IMG/VR virus record: IMGVR_UViG_2687453487_000001
DNA: 20,000 nt
Source: an uncultured virus (IMG/VR IMGVR_UViG_2687453487_000001)
Lineage: Duplodnaviria > Heunggongvirae > Uroviricota > Caudoviricetes
Direction: 5' to 3' (one strand)
Position numbers and translations under genes: made by a program. Below, piece by piece: positions 1-7,651 of this stretch. Below the pieces are notes generated by a model, which was given only the letters and a program-made list of their open reading frames with translations, searched no databases and was not told the DNA's origin. Position 1 is the stretch's first letter. Every line of letters starts with the position of its first letter.

Positions 1-2
1 GC

Positions 3-317
3 GGAAGCATTGAAGAGCGCTGGGCGCTGATCTTTACCAACACCAACGAGTTCCGCGTCGTCGGCGAGTCGGTCGGGCAGATCGCCGTGGGCAACACCGC
101 CACGGATCTCGCGCCGGTCAACCCAGAAACCCACGCCCCGTACTTCACGCTGCGCGCGGGGGGCTGGGGCGCGGGCTGGGCCGCCGGCAACGTGCTGCGG
201 CTGTCCACGGCCGCAGCCAACTTCCCCATCTGGATCGCCCGCACGACGCTGCAGGGGCCTGCCACGCAGGCGAACGACGCCTTCCAGATCCAGATTCGCG
301 GCGACATCGATCGCTGA
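3..317 (+). CDS. C-terminal part of a phage tail/structural protein (5'-truncated by the window)
   Basis: The frame is open from base 3 (GSIEERWALIFTNTNEFRVVGESVGQIAVGNT...QIQIRGDIDR*) with no stop before the ORF-track GTG at 87. Host-like codon usage; lies directly upstream of tail genes. Confidence 0.75.
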   Translation, partial: GSIEERWALIFTNTNEFRVVGESVGQIAVGNTATDLAPVNPETHAPYFTLRAGGWGAGWAAGNVLRLSTAAANFPIWIARTTLQGPATQANDAFQIQIRGDIDR

Positions 318-339
318 GCGGTTTTACAAGCGTATCTCC

Positions 340-1506
340 ATGACCATCAAGTATTTCCAGTCCAACCAGACCGGCGCGCCGCAACTGAGCGGCCAGCGCG
401 GGACCCTGATCGCCGTGCTCAACGCCTGTCTCGGTAACGGCTTCAACCTGCGCACGCTGACCGCGGTCACCCGCGACGGCACGGTGGCGACCGCCACGGC
501 GGACGCCGGCCACGGCTTCCGCGAGGACGACATCGTGCTGATCGCGGGGGCCAACGAGGCGGCCTACAACGGCGAGCGCCGCATCCGCAATGTGACCACC
601 AACACGTTTCAGTTCGACGTCGCGGCCGAGGCGGCTGAGCGTGCCACCGGGGCCATCACCGCGAAGATCGCGCCACTGGGGTGGGAGATGCCATTCTCGG
701 GCGAGGACCGCGCGGTCTACCGGTCGCGCGACGTCACCAGCAACCGACTGTTCCTGCGCATCGATGAGGCACCGCTCGCGGGCGACGGCAACTACGGGCG
801 CGGCCCGCGCACGGTGCTGGCGCAGATGTGGGAAGTGCTTAACGACGTCGACAACGGCACGGGCCGCGCCGAGACGATGTGGCGCAAGGCGCAGAACGAC
901 AACGCGACGACGCGCCCCTGGGTGCTGGTGGGCGATGCCAAGCGCTTCTGGCTGGCGGTGAACTGGAGCGAAAGCTACCCGAACCGCTACGCGCCGTACT
1001 TCTTTGGTGACTACCCATCCTTCAAGGCGGGCGATGCCTACGACACGATGATCGCCGGCTACTACGACCTGAACATCAATTGGGCCGAACCTTCCAGCAA
1101 CCTCGTCACGGACAACGTCTACTCGGTCGGATCGGGTGTCGGTAACACGGGCATCTGGCTGGCGCGCGGGTATTCGCAGCTGGGCGGTCGCATCAACGCA
1201 CAATGGGTCAGCGCCCCGGCGGGCGGGGGCAGCACGGGCCTCGGGGCAACCGCCGTGCCGTATCCGAACCCGGCCGACAATGGCATCTACGTGATGCCGC
1301 TGATGATTCAGGAACAGACCGGCCCGTCGCTGCGCGGCCGGCTGCCGGGCTTGCTGTGCCCGCTGCAGTCGATCCCCGCGCCGGAGCCGTGGAAGTTTCC
1401 CGGGTTTGTGATCGACGGCACGCAGCGCGAGCTGCTGGTGGTCAATGGCGCGGCCAGCAACGGCAACGCGCGCCTGGCTTTCGATCTGACCGGCCCGTGG
1501 GATTGA
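340..1506 (+). CDS. Putative phage tail fibre/tail-tip protein (388 aa)
   Basis: The N-terminus MTIKYFQSNQTGAPQLSGQRGTLIAVLNACLGNGF resembles the 'GAP.L.G..G.LI.VL.ACL..G' start of phage tail proteins; C-terminal 'LRGRLPGL...FDLTGPW'. Tail operon context. Confidence 0.75.
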   Translation: MTIKYFQSNQTGAPQLSGQRGTLIAVLNACLGNGFNLRTLTAVTRDGTVATATADAGHGFREDDIVLIAGANEAAYNGERRIRNVTTNTFQFDVAAEAAERATGAITAKIAPLGWEMPFSGEDRAVYRSRDVTSNRLFLRIDEAPLAGDGNYGRGPRTVLAQMWEVLNDVDNGTGRAETMWRKAQNDNATTRPWVLVGDAKRFWLAVNWSESYPNRYAPYFFGDYPSFKAGDAYDTMIAGYYDLNINWAEPSSNLVTDNVYSVGSGVGNTGIWLARGYSQLGGRINAQWVSAPAGGGSTGLGATAVPYPNPADNGIYVMPLMIQEQTGPSLRGRLPGLLCPLQSIPAPEPWKFPGFVIDGTQRELLVVNGAASNGNARLAFDLTGPWD

Positions 1507-1509
1507 TCC

Positions 1510-1992
1510 ATGGCCGGTGAAATCCCACGGGTCGTCGGCCCGCCCAGCCGGGTCTCGCCCGGCGCCATCGCAGGTGCGCCCACGCGCCATGTGCTGCACA
1601 ACGAGACCTCCGTGATCGCGCGGAGCGACGCGGGGCCACCAAGCCCGCTGGTGCCGGACGGCGTGGCACGCAGTGCGCCGGCCCCGCACCAGGGCGTCTC
1701 GCCGACGCGGCATGGCGAGCTGCCCGCCTCGCGTGCGCTCGAGTTCTGGGGCAACGGGCGCATCGAGGGGCGTGTGCGCATCGAGGGTGTGCCGGCTGCG
1801 CGCCGGGTGCGCTTGTTCGATGCGCGGACGGGCCTGCTGGTCGCCGAGGCCTGGTCGCGCAGCGATGGCTTCTACCGCTTTGACTATCTCGATACCGGCC
1901 GCGACTTCTTCCTGCTGGCGCATGACCACGTGCGCCAGTTCAACGCCGTCATCGCCGATTGGGTCCGTCCCGAGCCCACCGTTTATCCATGA
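1510..1992 (+). CDS. Phage tail-associated protein (160 aa): Pro-rich N-terminus plus C-terminal beta-sandwich-like domain
   Basis: Starts 3 nt after the previous stop. C-terminal GRIEGRVRIEGVPAARRVRLFDARTGLLVAEAWS..DGFYRF...NAVIADWVRP is typical of tail-fibre-associated small domains. Confidence 0.7.
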   Translation: MAGEIPRVVGPPSRVSPGAIAGAPTRHVLHNETSVIARSDAGPPSPLVPDGVARSAPAPHQGVSPTRHGELPASRALEFWGNGRIEGRVRIEGVPAARRVRLFDARTGLLVAEAWSRSDGFYRFDYLDTGRDFFLLAHDHVRQFNAVIADWVRPEPTVYP

Positions 1993-2387
1993 TCACCTTG
2001 TCCGTACCGGTCCGGAACAGCCGATTGGCCGTGATTGGCCAGGCGCTGGATGCCGGCGCCGCTGGCGGCCTGCTGCGCCTGTATTCCGCGCCACGTCCCG
2101 ACATCGGGCTGGCGCTCGCCGAGCAGGTCCTGCTGGCCGAGGTCCGCCTGCCGCAGCCGTGCATAGGGAGCCTGGAGGGCGGCCGGTTCGTGTTCGCGCC
2201 GATCGGGCAGGCGCTGTGCCGCCGCTCCGGCATCGTGGCCTGGGCACGGCTGTCCGACAGCGACGGGCGCTGGGTGGCGGATCTGGATGCGGGGCTGCCC
2301 GGCAGCGGTGCGGAGGTCGAACTGTCGAAGCTGCAGGTCTTCGCCGGCGGCGCGGTCAACGTGGAACTGGCTGAACTAACCGAATAG
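1989..2387 (+). CDS. Phage tail-associated hypothetical protein (132 aa)
   Basis: ATG at 1989 overlaps the upstream TGA (ATGA), so it is preferred over the ORF-track start at 1959. Motifs LRLYSAPRP, 'GIVAWARLSDSDGRWVADLD' and 'GGAVNV' are typical of this virion protein type. Confidence 0.75.
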   Translation: MITLSVPVRNSRLAVIGQALDAGAAGGLLRLYSAPRPDIGLALAEQVLLAEVRLPQPCIGSLEGGRFVFAPIGQALCRRSGIVAWARLSDSDGRWVADLDAGLPGSGAEVELSKLQVFAGGAVNVELAELTE

Positions 2388-2391
2388 TGCC

Positions 2392-4236
2392 GTGACCGTC
2401 GATCTTGAATTCCGGGGGACGTGGAAGCCTCCGAACGGCGGTGGTGCCGATCTCGATTTCGGGGACACGCGGCTAGCGGCTCCCGAGGCGGCCAGTGCCA
2501 CGGTCCGCCTCCGGTTGGGCCCGCCCAAGGCGCGCATCCGCGCGGCCTACGACAACCAGGTGAGCCGCAAGCTGGAATGCGGCGGCCGAGTGCCGTGGCA
2601 GCGTGCCCATCGCCAGGGTGCCGGCCTGCACGACGGCTGGGACGACAGTGCGCGCGACCGCAGCGCGGCGGCGGTGTCCTGGCAACCGTCCGTGACGCTG
2701 GCCGGCACGGTCCAGTCGGCCGGCGGCGACAACCAGCGTGCCCGTAGCGCCAGCCGCGTGCGGTGGCAGGGCGCGGAGCCCGTTCCATCCTCAACGGCGG
2801 ACCGCTTCAATCCGCTGGTACCGCAGCATGGCGCGTTCGGCTTGCCGTGGGGCCAGGGCAGCGCCTTGTCGGGCGCCGTGCTCAGCCCCTTTGTCTGGCT
2901 GGTGCCGTGTTTGCGCGGCCAGTCGCAGGGATGGCAGCCCGCCGTGCCGCTTGCCTTGCGCGAGGCGTTCGGGTTCTCGCCCGGACGCTGGCAATCGGGG
3001 CGCTGGTCACTGCCGTGGGAGATCGGGCGACAGCCGCGCCCAGGCGAGTCGCACTTGCCGGTCGACCCTCCCGTGGTCGAGCCGGCACCCAGGTATCACC
3101 CCGATCTCGCCTTCATCTGCCATGCGACCCGCCAGGGCCTCGCGTGGCGCCCCGCGCTGTGGCTCGACTTCGGCGCCCACCCGTGCGGGCAGCCGGACGC
3201 CAGTGTCTTCAGCGTCCCCATCCTCAAGGTCTACTTCGTGAGCAGCTCCGTCGATGTCGTGCGCCTGCCCGGCCGCGAGCCCATTCCTGCCAAGAGCGTC
3301 CGGCTCTCCATCGACGAGGATTCGTGGGCGTGGGGACTGTCGGCCAGCCTGCCGTATGCGGCGCTGGAGCTGGTTGAGCCCACCGCGTCCGGGCCGGTGG
3401 AGATCGAAATCACGATCAACGGCGTGACCTGGGTGATGTTGGTCGAGGGGTTCGACGTGCGGCGCGAGTTCGGGCAGGCGAGCCTCAACATCCGGGGGCG
3501 CTCGACAGCGGCTTACTTGGCCGAACCCTATGCGCCCAAGCGCTCCTTCGTGCCGGCGGCTCCCTTCACCGCGCGCCAGCTGGCCGAGCTGGAGCTGACG
3601 CGCGCGGGGCTGGTGACTGGCTTCACGCTCGACTGGCGGCTGCAGGACTGGCTGGTGCCGGAGGGCAGCTGGGGCTACCAGTCGCTGAGCCCGATGGGGG
3701 TGATCGGCCGCATCGTTGAAGCGGTGGGCGGCTACGTCAATGCCCATCCGCGACTGCGAACGCTGGTGGCCAAGTCCCGGTATCCGGTGCTGCCCTGGAA
3801 CTGGGCAGCCGAGGTTCCGGACCGGACGCTGCCCATCGACGTGGTCAAGACGCTGAACCTGCGCTGGCAGGAAAAGCCCACCTTCAACGCGGTGTACGTC
3901 TGCGGCGAGCGCCAGGGCGTCACCGGGCACGTGGTGCGCGCCGGTACGGCGGGCGATCTGGTCGCGCCGACGGTGGTCGATGGGCTGATCACCCACGCCG
4001 ACGCCGCTCGTGAGCGGGGCCGCTCGATCCTGGCCGACGTCGGCCGGCAGGCGGTCGTCACGCTGGAGTTACCGATGCTCAGTTCGCTCGGCCTGCTTGA
4101 TCCGGGGCTGCTGCTCTCCGTCGGCGAGGGCAGGACGAACTGGCGCGGCCTGGTGCGTGCCACCAGCATCGTCGCCGAGTGGAACGAATCCCTGACCGTG
4201 CGCCAGACCATCGAGGTCGAGCGCCATTACCTGTAG
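2392..4236 (+). CDS. Phage tail protein (614 aa): N-terminal 14-aa periodic repeat region, C-terminal tail hub/baseplate-like region
   Basis: GTG start 4 nt after the previous stop; long ORF with strong codon bias. The C-terminal half (NAVYVCGERQGVTGHVVRAGTAGD..AP.VVD.LIT..DAARERGRSIL) resembles tail-tip hub proteins. Confidence 0.75.
   Translation: MTVDLEFRGTWKPPNGGGADLDFGDTRLAAPEAASATVRLRLGPPKARIRAAYDNQVSRKLECGGRVPWQRAHRQGAGLHDGWDDSARDRSAAAVSWQPSVTLAGTVQSAGGDNQRARSASRVRWQGAEPVPSSTADRFNPLVPQHGAFGLPWGQGSALSGAVLSPFVWLVPCLRGQSQGWQPAVPLALREAFGFSPGRWQSGRWSLPWEIGRQPRPGESHLPVDPPVVEPAPRYHPDLAFICHATRQGLAWRPALWLDFGAHPCGQPDASVFSVPILKVYFVSSSVDVVRLPGREPIPAKSVRLSIDEDSWAWGLSASLPYAALELVEPTASGPVEIEITINGVTWVMLVEGFDVRREFGQASLNIRGRSTAAYLAEPYAPKRSFVPAAPFTARQLAELELTRAGLVTGFTLDWRLQDWLVPEGSWGYQSLSPMGVIGRIVEAVGGYVNAHPRLRTLVAKSRYPVLPWNWAAEVPDRTLPIDVVKTLNLRWQEKPTFNAVYVCGERQGVTGHVVRAGTAGDLVAPTVVDGLITHADAARERGRSILADVGRQAVVTLELPMLSSLGLLDPGLLLSVGEGRTNWRGLVRATSIVAEWNESLTVRQTIEVERHYL
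2596..3018 (+). repeat. Protein-level 14-residue aromatic periodicity (11 positions) in the 614-aa tail protein
   Basis: W69, W83, W97, (G111), W125, F139, W153, F167, W181, F195, W209, counted from the translation. Confidence 0.85.
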
Positions 4237-4245
4237 GAGAGCGCG

Positions 4246-4470
4246 ATGCCCAACCTGTGGCGGCAGTTCGAGCAACTGCTGCCGGATTCCCCCTTGCTGG
4301 TCGGCACGGTGGTGACCCGTCATGACGACGGCACGGTCACCGTCCAATTGCTGGGCGGCGGGCTCGTGCGCGCTACCGGCGCCGGTGAGCCGGGCGAGCG
4401 CCTGTTCGTGCGCGGCGCTGAGGTCATCGGTCCTGCGCCGACGCTGTCGACCGTCGATATCGAAATCTGA
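4246..4470 (+). CDS. Small phage tail-associated protein (74 aa)
   Basis: RBS AGGAGA just upstream. MPNLWRQFEQLLP..PLLVGTV...DGTVTVQLLGGG is an OB-fold-like small protein ending the tail operon. Confidence 0.75.
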   Translation: MPNLWRQFEQLLPDSPLLVGTVVTRHDDGTVTVQLLGGGLVRATGAGEPGERLFVRGAEVIGPAPTLSTVDIEI

Positions 4471-4494
4471 ATCGCTATTTCCTTTTTCAACTGG

Positions 4495-4526
4495 AACCCG
4501 CCCTTGAGGCGGGTTTTGTTTTTTTT
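4495..4526 (+). terminator. Rho-independent terminator between the tail and lysis genes
   Basis: AACCCGCC-cttga-GGCGGGTT 8-bp stem followed by TTGTTTTTTTT. Confidence 0.8.
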
Positions 4527-4537
4527 GGAGCACATCA

Positions 4538-4828
4538 ATGAACGCACCGATGGTGGCCGACGGCATGGTGACCATGCCGCGGGCCGAATTCGAGGAGCTG
4601 CTGGAGCGCGTTGCCGAGAGCGGCGCACGGGCGGCACTGGCCGAGGTGGGCCTCGATGGCGAGAACGCCGCGAACGACATTCGCGAGCTGCGAGGCTTGC
4701 TGGACGCCTTCAACGAGGCCAAGCGCACCGCCTGGCAGACCATGATCCGGATGATCACGACTGGCCTGGTGCTGGCGCTGGTGGCCGGGGCGGTCATCAA
4801 GTTCGAGCTGTTCAAGGGGGCGCGATGA
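4538..4828 (+). CDS. DUF6127-like phage protein with a C-terminal transmembrane helix (possible holin/antiholin, 96 aa)
   Basis: RBS GGAG at 4527-4530. Sequence EFEELLERVAESGARAALAEVGL...DIRELRGLLDA...TAWQT plus hydrophobic ITTGLVLALVAGAVI. Lies upstream of the lysozyme. Confidence 0.75.
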   Translation: MNAPMVADGMVTMPRAEFEELLERVAESGARAALAEVGLDGENAANDIRELRGLLDAFNEAKRTAWQTMIRMITTGLVLALVAGAVIKFELFKGAR

Positions 4829-5301
4829 TCGAGACGCTCCTGGGCGGCCTGTTGGGCGGAACCTTCCGCCTGGCCCCTGAAATCCTGAAGTGGCTCGACC
4901 GCAAGGGCGAGCGCGGCCACGAACTCGCCATGCAGGATAAAGCGCTGGAGTTCGAGAAGCTGCGCGGCGCGCAGCGCATGGCCGAGATCGGTGCAAGCGC
5001 CGATGCGGCGTGGAACACGGGCGCCATCGAGGCGCTGCGCGACTCCATCAGCGCGCAAGGCCAGACCTCCGGCGTGCCATGGGTTGATGCGCTGTCGATT
5101 AGCGTGAGGCCTGTGATCACGTACTGGTTCATGGGCCTGTACTGCGCGGCCAAGACCGCCGCGTTCGCGGGTGCGCTCACGGCCGGGGCAGGGTGGGGCG
5201 CAGCAACGGTGCAGGCGTGGACCGAAGCCGACCAGGCGCTGTGGGCCGGGGTGCTGAACTTCTGGTTCTTGGGTAGGGTATTCGATCGGGTGCGGTCGTG
5301 A
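4825..5301 (+). CDS. Putative holin-like membrane protein (158 aa)
   Basis: ATG at 4825 overlaps the upstream TGA (ATGA). Hydrophobic segments and the motifs 'SVRPVITY' and 'FWFLGR' resemble 3TM (GTA-type) holins. Directly precedes the lysozyme. Confidence 0.7.
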   Translation: MIETLLGGLLGGTFRLAPEILKWLDRKGERGHELAMQDKALEFEKLRGAQRMAEIGASADAAWNTGAIEALRDSISAQGQTSGVPWVDALSISVRPVITYWFMGLYCAAKTAAFAGALTAGAGWGAATVQAWTEADQALWAGVLNFWFLGRVFDRVRS

Positions 5302-5759
5302 CGGTGGTGCCACAAGCGGCCGTCGCACTCGCCAAACACTTCGAGGGATTCCATCGGGTGGCGAGGGTCGACCCCACCCGGGCTCAGCCGTATGTCTGTC
5401 CTGCCGGGTTTTGGACAGTTGGCTACGGTCACCTCTGTGATCCGACTCACCCGCCCATCACGCAGGCCCAGGCCGAAGTCTATCTGGCGGCGGATCTCGT
5501 GACAGCGCTCAACGCGACGCTGCGCTACTGCCCCGTGCTTGCCGCCGAGCCCCAGGGCCGGCTCGCCGCCATTGTGGACTTCACCTTCAACCTGGGGGCG
5601 GGGCGGTTGCAGACTTCGACCTTGCGGCGGCGGGTCAACCAGCGCGACTGGTCCGCTGCTGCAAGCGAGCTGCGCCGCTGGGTCTATGGTGGCGGCAAGG
5701 TGCTGCCGGGGCTCGCCGCACGTCGCGAGGCCGAAGTGGCTTTGTTGCGATTGAACTGA
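5298..5759 (+). CDS. Phage lysozyme (endolysin, glycoside hydrolase family 24)
   Basis: Motifs FEG, PYVCPAGFWTVGYGH, AIVDFTFNLGAG.LQTSTLRRRVN and RWVYGGGKVLPGLAARREAE. GTGA overlap with the upstream gene. Confidence 0.93.
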   Translation: MTVVPQAAVALAKHFEGFHRVARVDPTRAQPYVCPAGFWTVGYGHLCDPTHPPITQAQAEVYLAADLVTALNATLRYCPVLAAEPQGRLAAIVDFTFNLGAGRLQTSTLRRRVNQRDWSAAASELRRWVYGGGKVLPGLAARREAEVALLRLN

Positions 5760-5767
5760 GGTGACGC

Positions 5768-5795
5768 TTGGCTTCTGTGTTGAACAGCGCGTTCA
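5768..5795 (+). promoter_or_regulatory. Candidate promoter/operator upstream of the moron-like ORF
   Basis: TTGGCT (-35-like) at 5768-5773 and inverted repeat TGAAC-N5-GTTCA at 5781-5795. Confidence 0.35.
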
Positions 5796-5826
5796 TGTCA
5801 TCACACCAACCACACCGGAGTACAAA

Positions 5827-6126
5827 ATGTCCAAGTCCATGCGATTCAAAGCCCCCGTGATCGACGACGTGCAGTCCAGCAATGTCGACGCCGTATTGCA
5901 GGAGCCGCTGCTCGATCTCTTTGGCTACGCCATGCGGTCGATTGCTGTGACCCTGGCGCGCGAAGCACGCTTCCACACCGACGATTTCGAGACCAGCAGG
6001 TCGGCCGGCTGCGATGGCTTCACGCTGGCGATGCGGCAGGTCTTTCCCGGCAAGCGGCGGGATGCGTGGGTCGGCGTTTTCGAGCGGGGGGAGCAACGGC
6101 TCGAAGTGCTTGGGCACCTTGAGTAA
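5827..6126 (+). CDS. Hypothetical protein (99 aa), moron-like gene after the lysis cassette
   Basis: RBS GGAG at 5817-5820 lies 6 nt before ATG 5827, so this start is preferred over GTG 5761. Followed by a hairpin. Confidence 0.7.
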   Translation: MSKSMRFKAPVIDDVQSSNVDAVLQEPLLDLFGYAMRSIAVTLAREARFHTDDFETSRSAGCDGFTLAMRQVFPGKRRDAWVGVFERGEQRLEVLGHLE

Positions 6127-6134
6127 GTAACCGT

Positions 6135-6167
6135 GTGGCCGGGCTACCCCGGCCACGATTTTCTCTT
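6135..6167 (+). terminator. Probable intrinsic terminator between convergent genes
   Basis: GTGGCCGGG-ctac-CCCGGCCAC 9-bp perfect stem followed by GATTTTCTCTT. Confidence 0.6.
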
Positions 6168-6188
6168 CAAGCCATCGGATGCCGAGCG

Positions 6189-6527
6189 CTACAGCATCTT
6201 CTGTATGTCGCTCAATGCCTCATCCAGCTCGAGTTTGAGCGGCACCAGCAGGCAGTGCAGGCATCGACATTCCCAAGCACGGTCGCTCCACAACTCGAGC
6301 AGGTGCAGGATGCCGATGAGGCCAGTACTGACATTGAGCAGACGCGCGCACGCGTCTTCGGTCGTTGCGTAAATCTGCGCGCTCGCCGTATCCAGCTGAC
6401 GCACTGTCGTTGCGACTGGCGTTTTGACACGCTTGCCGATCCGTCCTGCTTGTGCCGCGAGTTGGACGATCAATTGGCGTTGCCGGGCGAACGCAAGCAT
6501 CTGCGGGGAGTGTGTCTGTTCACGCAT
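6189..6527 (-). CDS. DUF1484-like protein (112 aa)
   Basis: MREQTHSPQMLAFARQ...LLNVSTGLIGILHLLELWSDRAWECRCLHCLLVPLK resembles the Ralstonia DUF1484 family. Strong RBS GGAGG precedes ATG 6527. Confidence 0.7.
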   Translation of the reverse strand: MREQTHSPQMLAFARQRQLIVQLAAQAGRIGKRVKTPVATTVRQLDTASAQIYATTEDACARLLNVSTGLIGILHLLELWSDRAWECRCLHCLLVPLKLELDEALSDIQKML

Positions 6528-6669
6528 GCATCGCCTCCGTTTGCTCAACGGGGGCAGGAAAGGCTCGGCCAGCGCCAAAAAATACAAGGCTGGGTAAGCG
6601 TAGGCAGATGGTGGTGGAGAAACTGATGGGAAAAGCTGGTTGCTCAGGACGAGCAAGGACATCAGGCAT
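6520..6669 (-). CDS. 49-aa leader ORF (position analogous to icd/kil), translationally coupled to the DUF1484-like gene
   Basis: AGAGG RBS then ATG at 6669 (MPDVLARPEQPAFPISF...TEAMHA*). Its TGA (6522-6520) falls just inside the next gene's start (ATGCGTGA). Confidence 0.5.
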   Translation of the reverse strand: MPDVLARPEQPAFPISFSTTICLRLPSLVFFGAGRAFPAPVEQTEAMHA

Positions 6670-6720
6670 AGCGACCTCTGTGAGTGGTAGAGGCCCGCCG
6701 CTCATTCTCACATGAGGGTG

Positions 6721-6793
6721 GCGGGCCAGACGACGGAGGTGAGAAACCGGCACAGAGAACCGGCCAGCCCGAAGACTGCCCCGCCCGGCCCGC
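6721..6793 (-). ncRNA. C4-like antisense RNA (P1/P7 c4, P4 CI type cloverleaf)
   Basis: Minus strand: closing stem GCGGGCC...GGCCCGC, hairpin CAGUC-UUCG-GGCUG, hairpin CCGG-UUCUCUGUG-CCGG and single-stranded UUUCUCACC. The loops are complementary to flanking sites at 6705-6711, 6676-6682 and 6863-6869. Confidence 0.75.
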
Positions 6794-6898
6794 GATGCAC
6801 ATTGTAAGCGTGCATGCTTGCTACGGATAGGACGTCGGCCGGTCACCGCGCGTTGTTCAGAATCTCACCCCCGATCACCGTTGTTCGATGACGGCGAC

Positions 6899-6927
6899 AG
6901 TCTTGGGGAACCCCGGAATAGAGTCAA
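6899..6927 (-). promoter_or_regulatory. Sigma70-like promoter driving the C4-like cassette
   Basis: Minus strand TTGACT (6927-6922), 17 nt spacer, AAGACT (6904-6899), immediately upstream of the first hairpin and target site. Confidence 0.5.
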
Positions 6928-7651
6928 GGTGAACGCACCAGGCGGGAAGCGGCGGTGCAGCAAGCGATTACCGTCGCAGACAAGAGCGTGCTGTATAGCC
7001 GCGACTGGTGGCGGTTCGGGGTCAGACTTCGACCACCTCGTAGCGGCGCTTGCGCCGGGTCTCGTCCCGAGTGATGCGCGACAGGTAGTAGCATTGCGCG
7101 CACCAGTGGCCAGCGATAATGCTCCGGGGAGTGGTATGCCAGCGATGTCCGCTCTGTAAGCTACTCGCCTGATTCGCTACGCACCCGCTCCCTTACCTGG
7201 CACTACCCTTTGACTCCATTTGTTGACATCTCGGCGAGGATGGGTTCGTGGCGGGCAATCAAGACGACGGCCACTGTGAGCTTGGCCATTCGTGATGCAT
7301 TTGATGCGTGACATCTGCATGTTCAAACCACGCTTCACCTATCCCCACGGCGCGAACGTCTTTGGCTGGACAGCATCTGCCGGCGCCTGTAGTGATCGAA
7401 CCAACCAGCAAGCTCGGGCAGCGCGAGCGTGTCGGCCGGGATCAGCTTGCTGATCTGATGGATGAAGAATTCATAAGATCAGATGTCCATTCTTTTCATT
7501 CCTATTTCATCGAATTTCACGATTTCGAGGGATGCCCTTCACATTGTGATTCGCTATGATCCTCCCCAAGTCTAAATAGGGGTGCCTACGGCCGGCAGAC
7601 CGGCCGCCACGAAGCCACCCCGTACAACAAGACGTTCGGGGAGTTTCATCG

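Larger units (their letters stand above)
1..6930. mobile_element. Prophage (tailed phage) distal late region: tail genes, lysis cassette and adjacent accessory/regulatory genes; boundaries not defined
   Basis: Tightly packed co-directional tail-like ORFs with ATGA/GTGA overlaps, followed by holin-like and lysozyme genes and a C4-like RNA cassette. No integrase or att site seen, so the right end is approximate. Confidence 0.8.

Noticed and set aside
340..1992. Diversity-generating retroelement or invertible tail-fibre cassette
   Set aside because: No reverse transcriptase, invertase, or template/variable repeat pair is visible in the window.
4504..4824. N-terminal extension making a 265-aa ORF
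   Set aside because: It starts inside the terminator and overlaps the DUF6127-like gene out of frame; the ATGA-coupled start at 4825 is better supported.
6528..6662. 45-aa N-terminal extension of the DUF1484-like ORF
   Set aside because: A strong GGAGG RBS supports ATG 6527; the upstream AGAGG is better spaced for ATG 6669 in another frame.
6670..6846. Extension of the leader ORF through the structured RNA (108-aa ORF)
   Set aside because: It runs through the C4-like RNA, and the sequence is better explained by RNA structure.
7524..7560. TTCG...TTCG pair as a possible hrpII box, and palindrome TCACA-T-TGTGA near TATGAT
   Set aside because: The TTCG spacing is 22 nt rather than 16; the palindrome is short with no convincing -35, so it cannot be assigned.
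6930..7600. ORFs 6818-7159 and 7308-7559, and a possible broken minus-strand frame near 7340-7499 (MKRMDI*SYEFFIHQISKLIP)
   Set aside because: No recognisable motifs or codon bias, so neither a gene nor a pseudogene can be supported.
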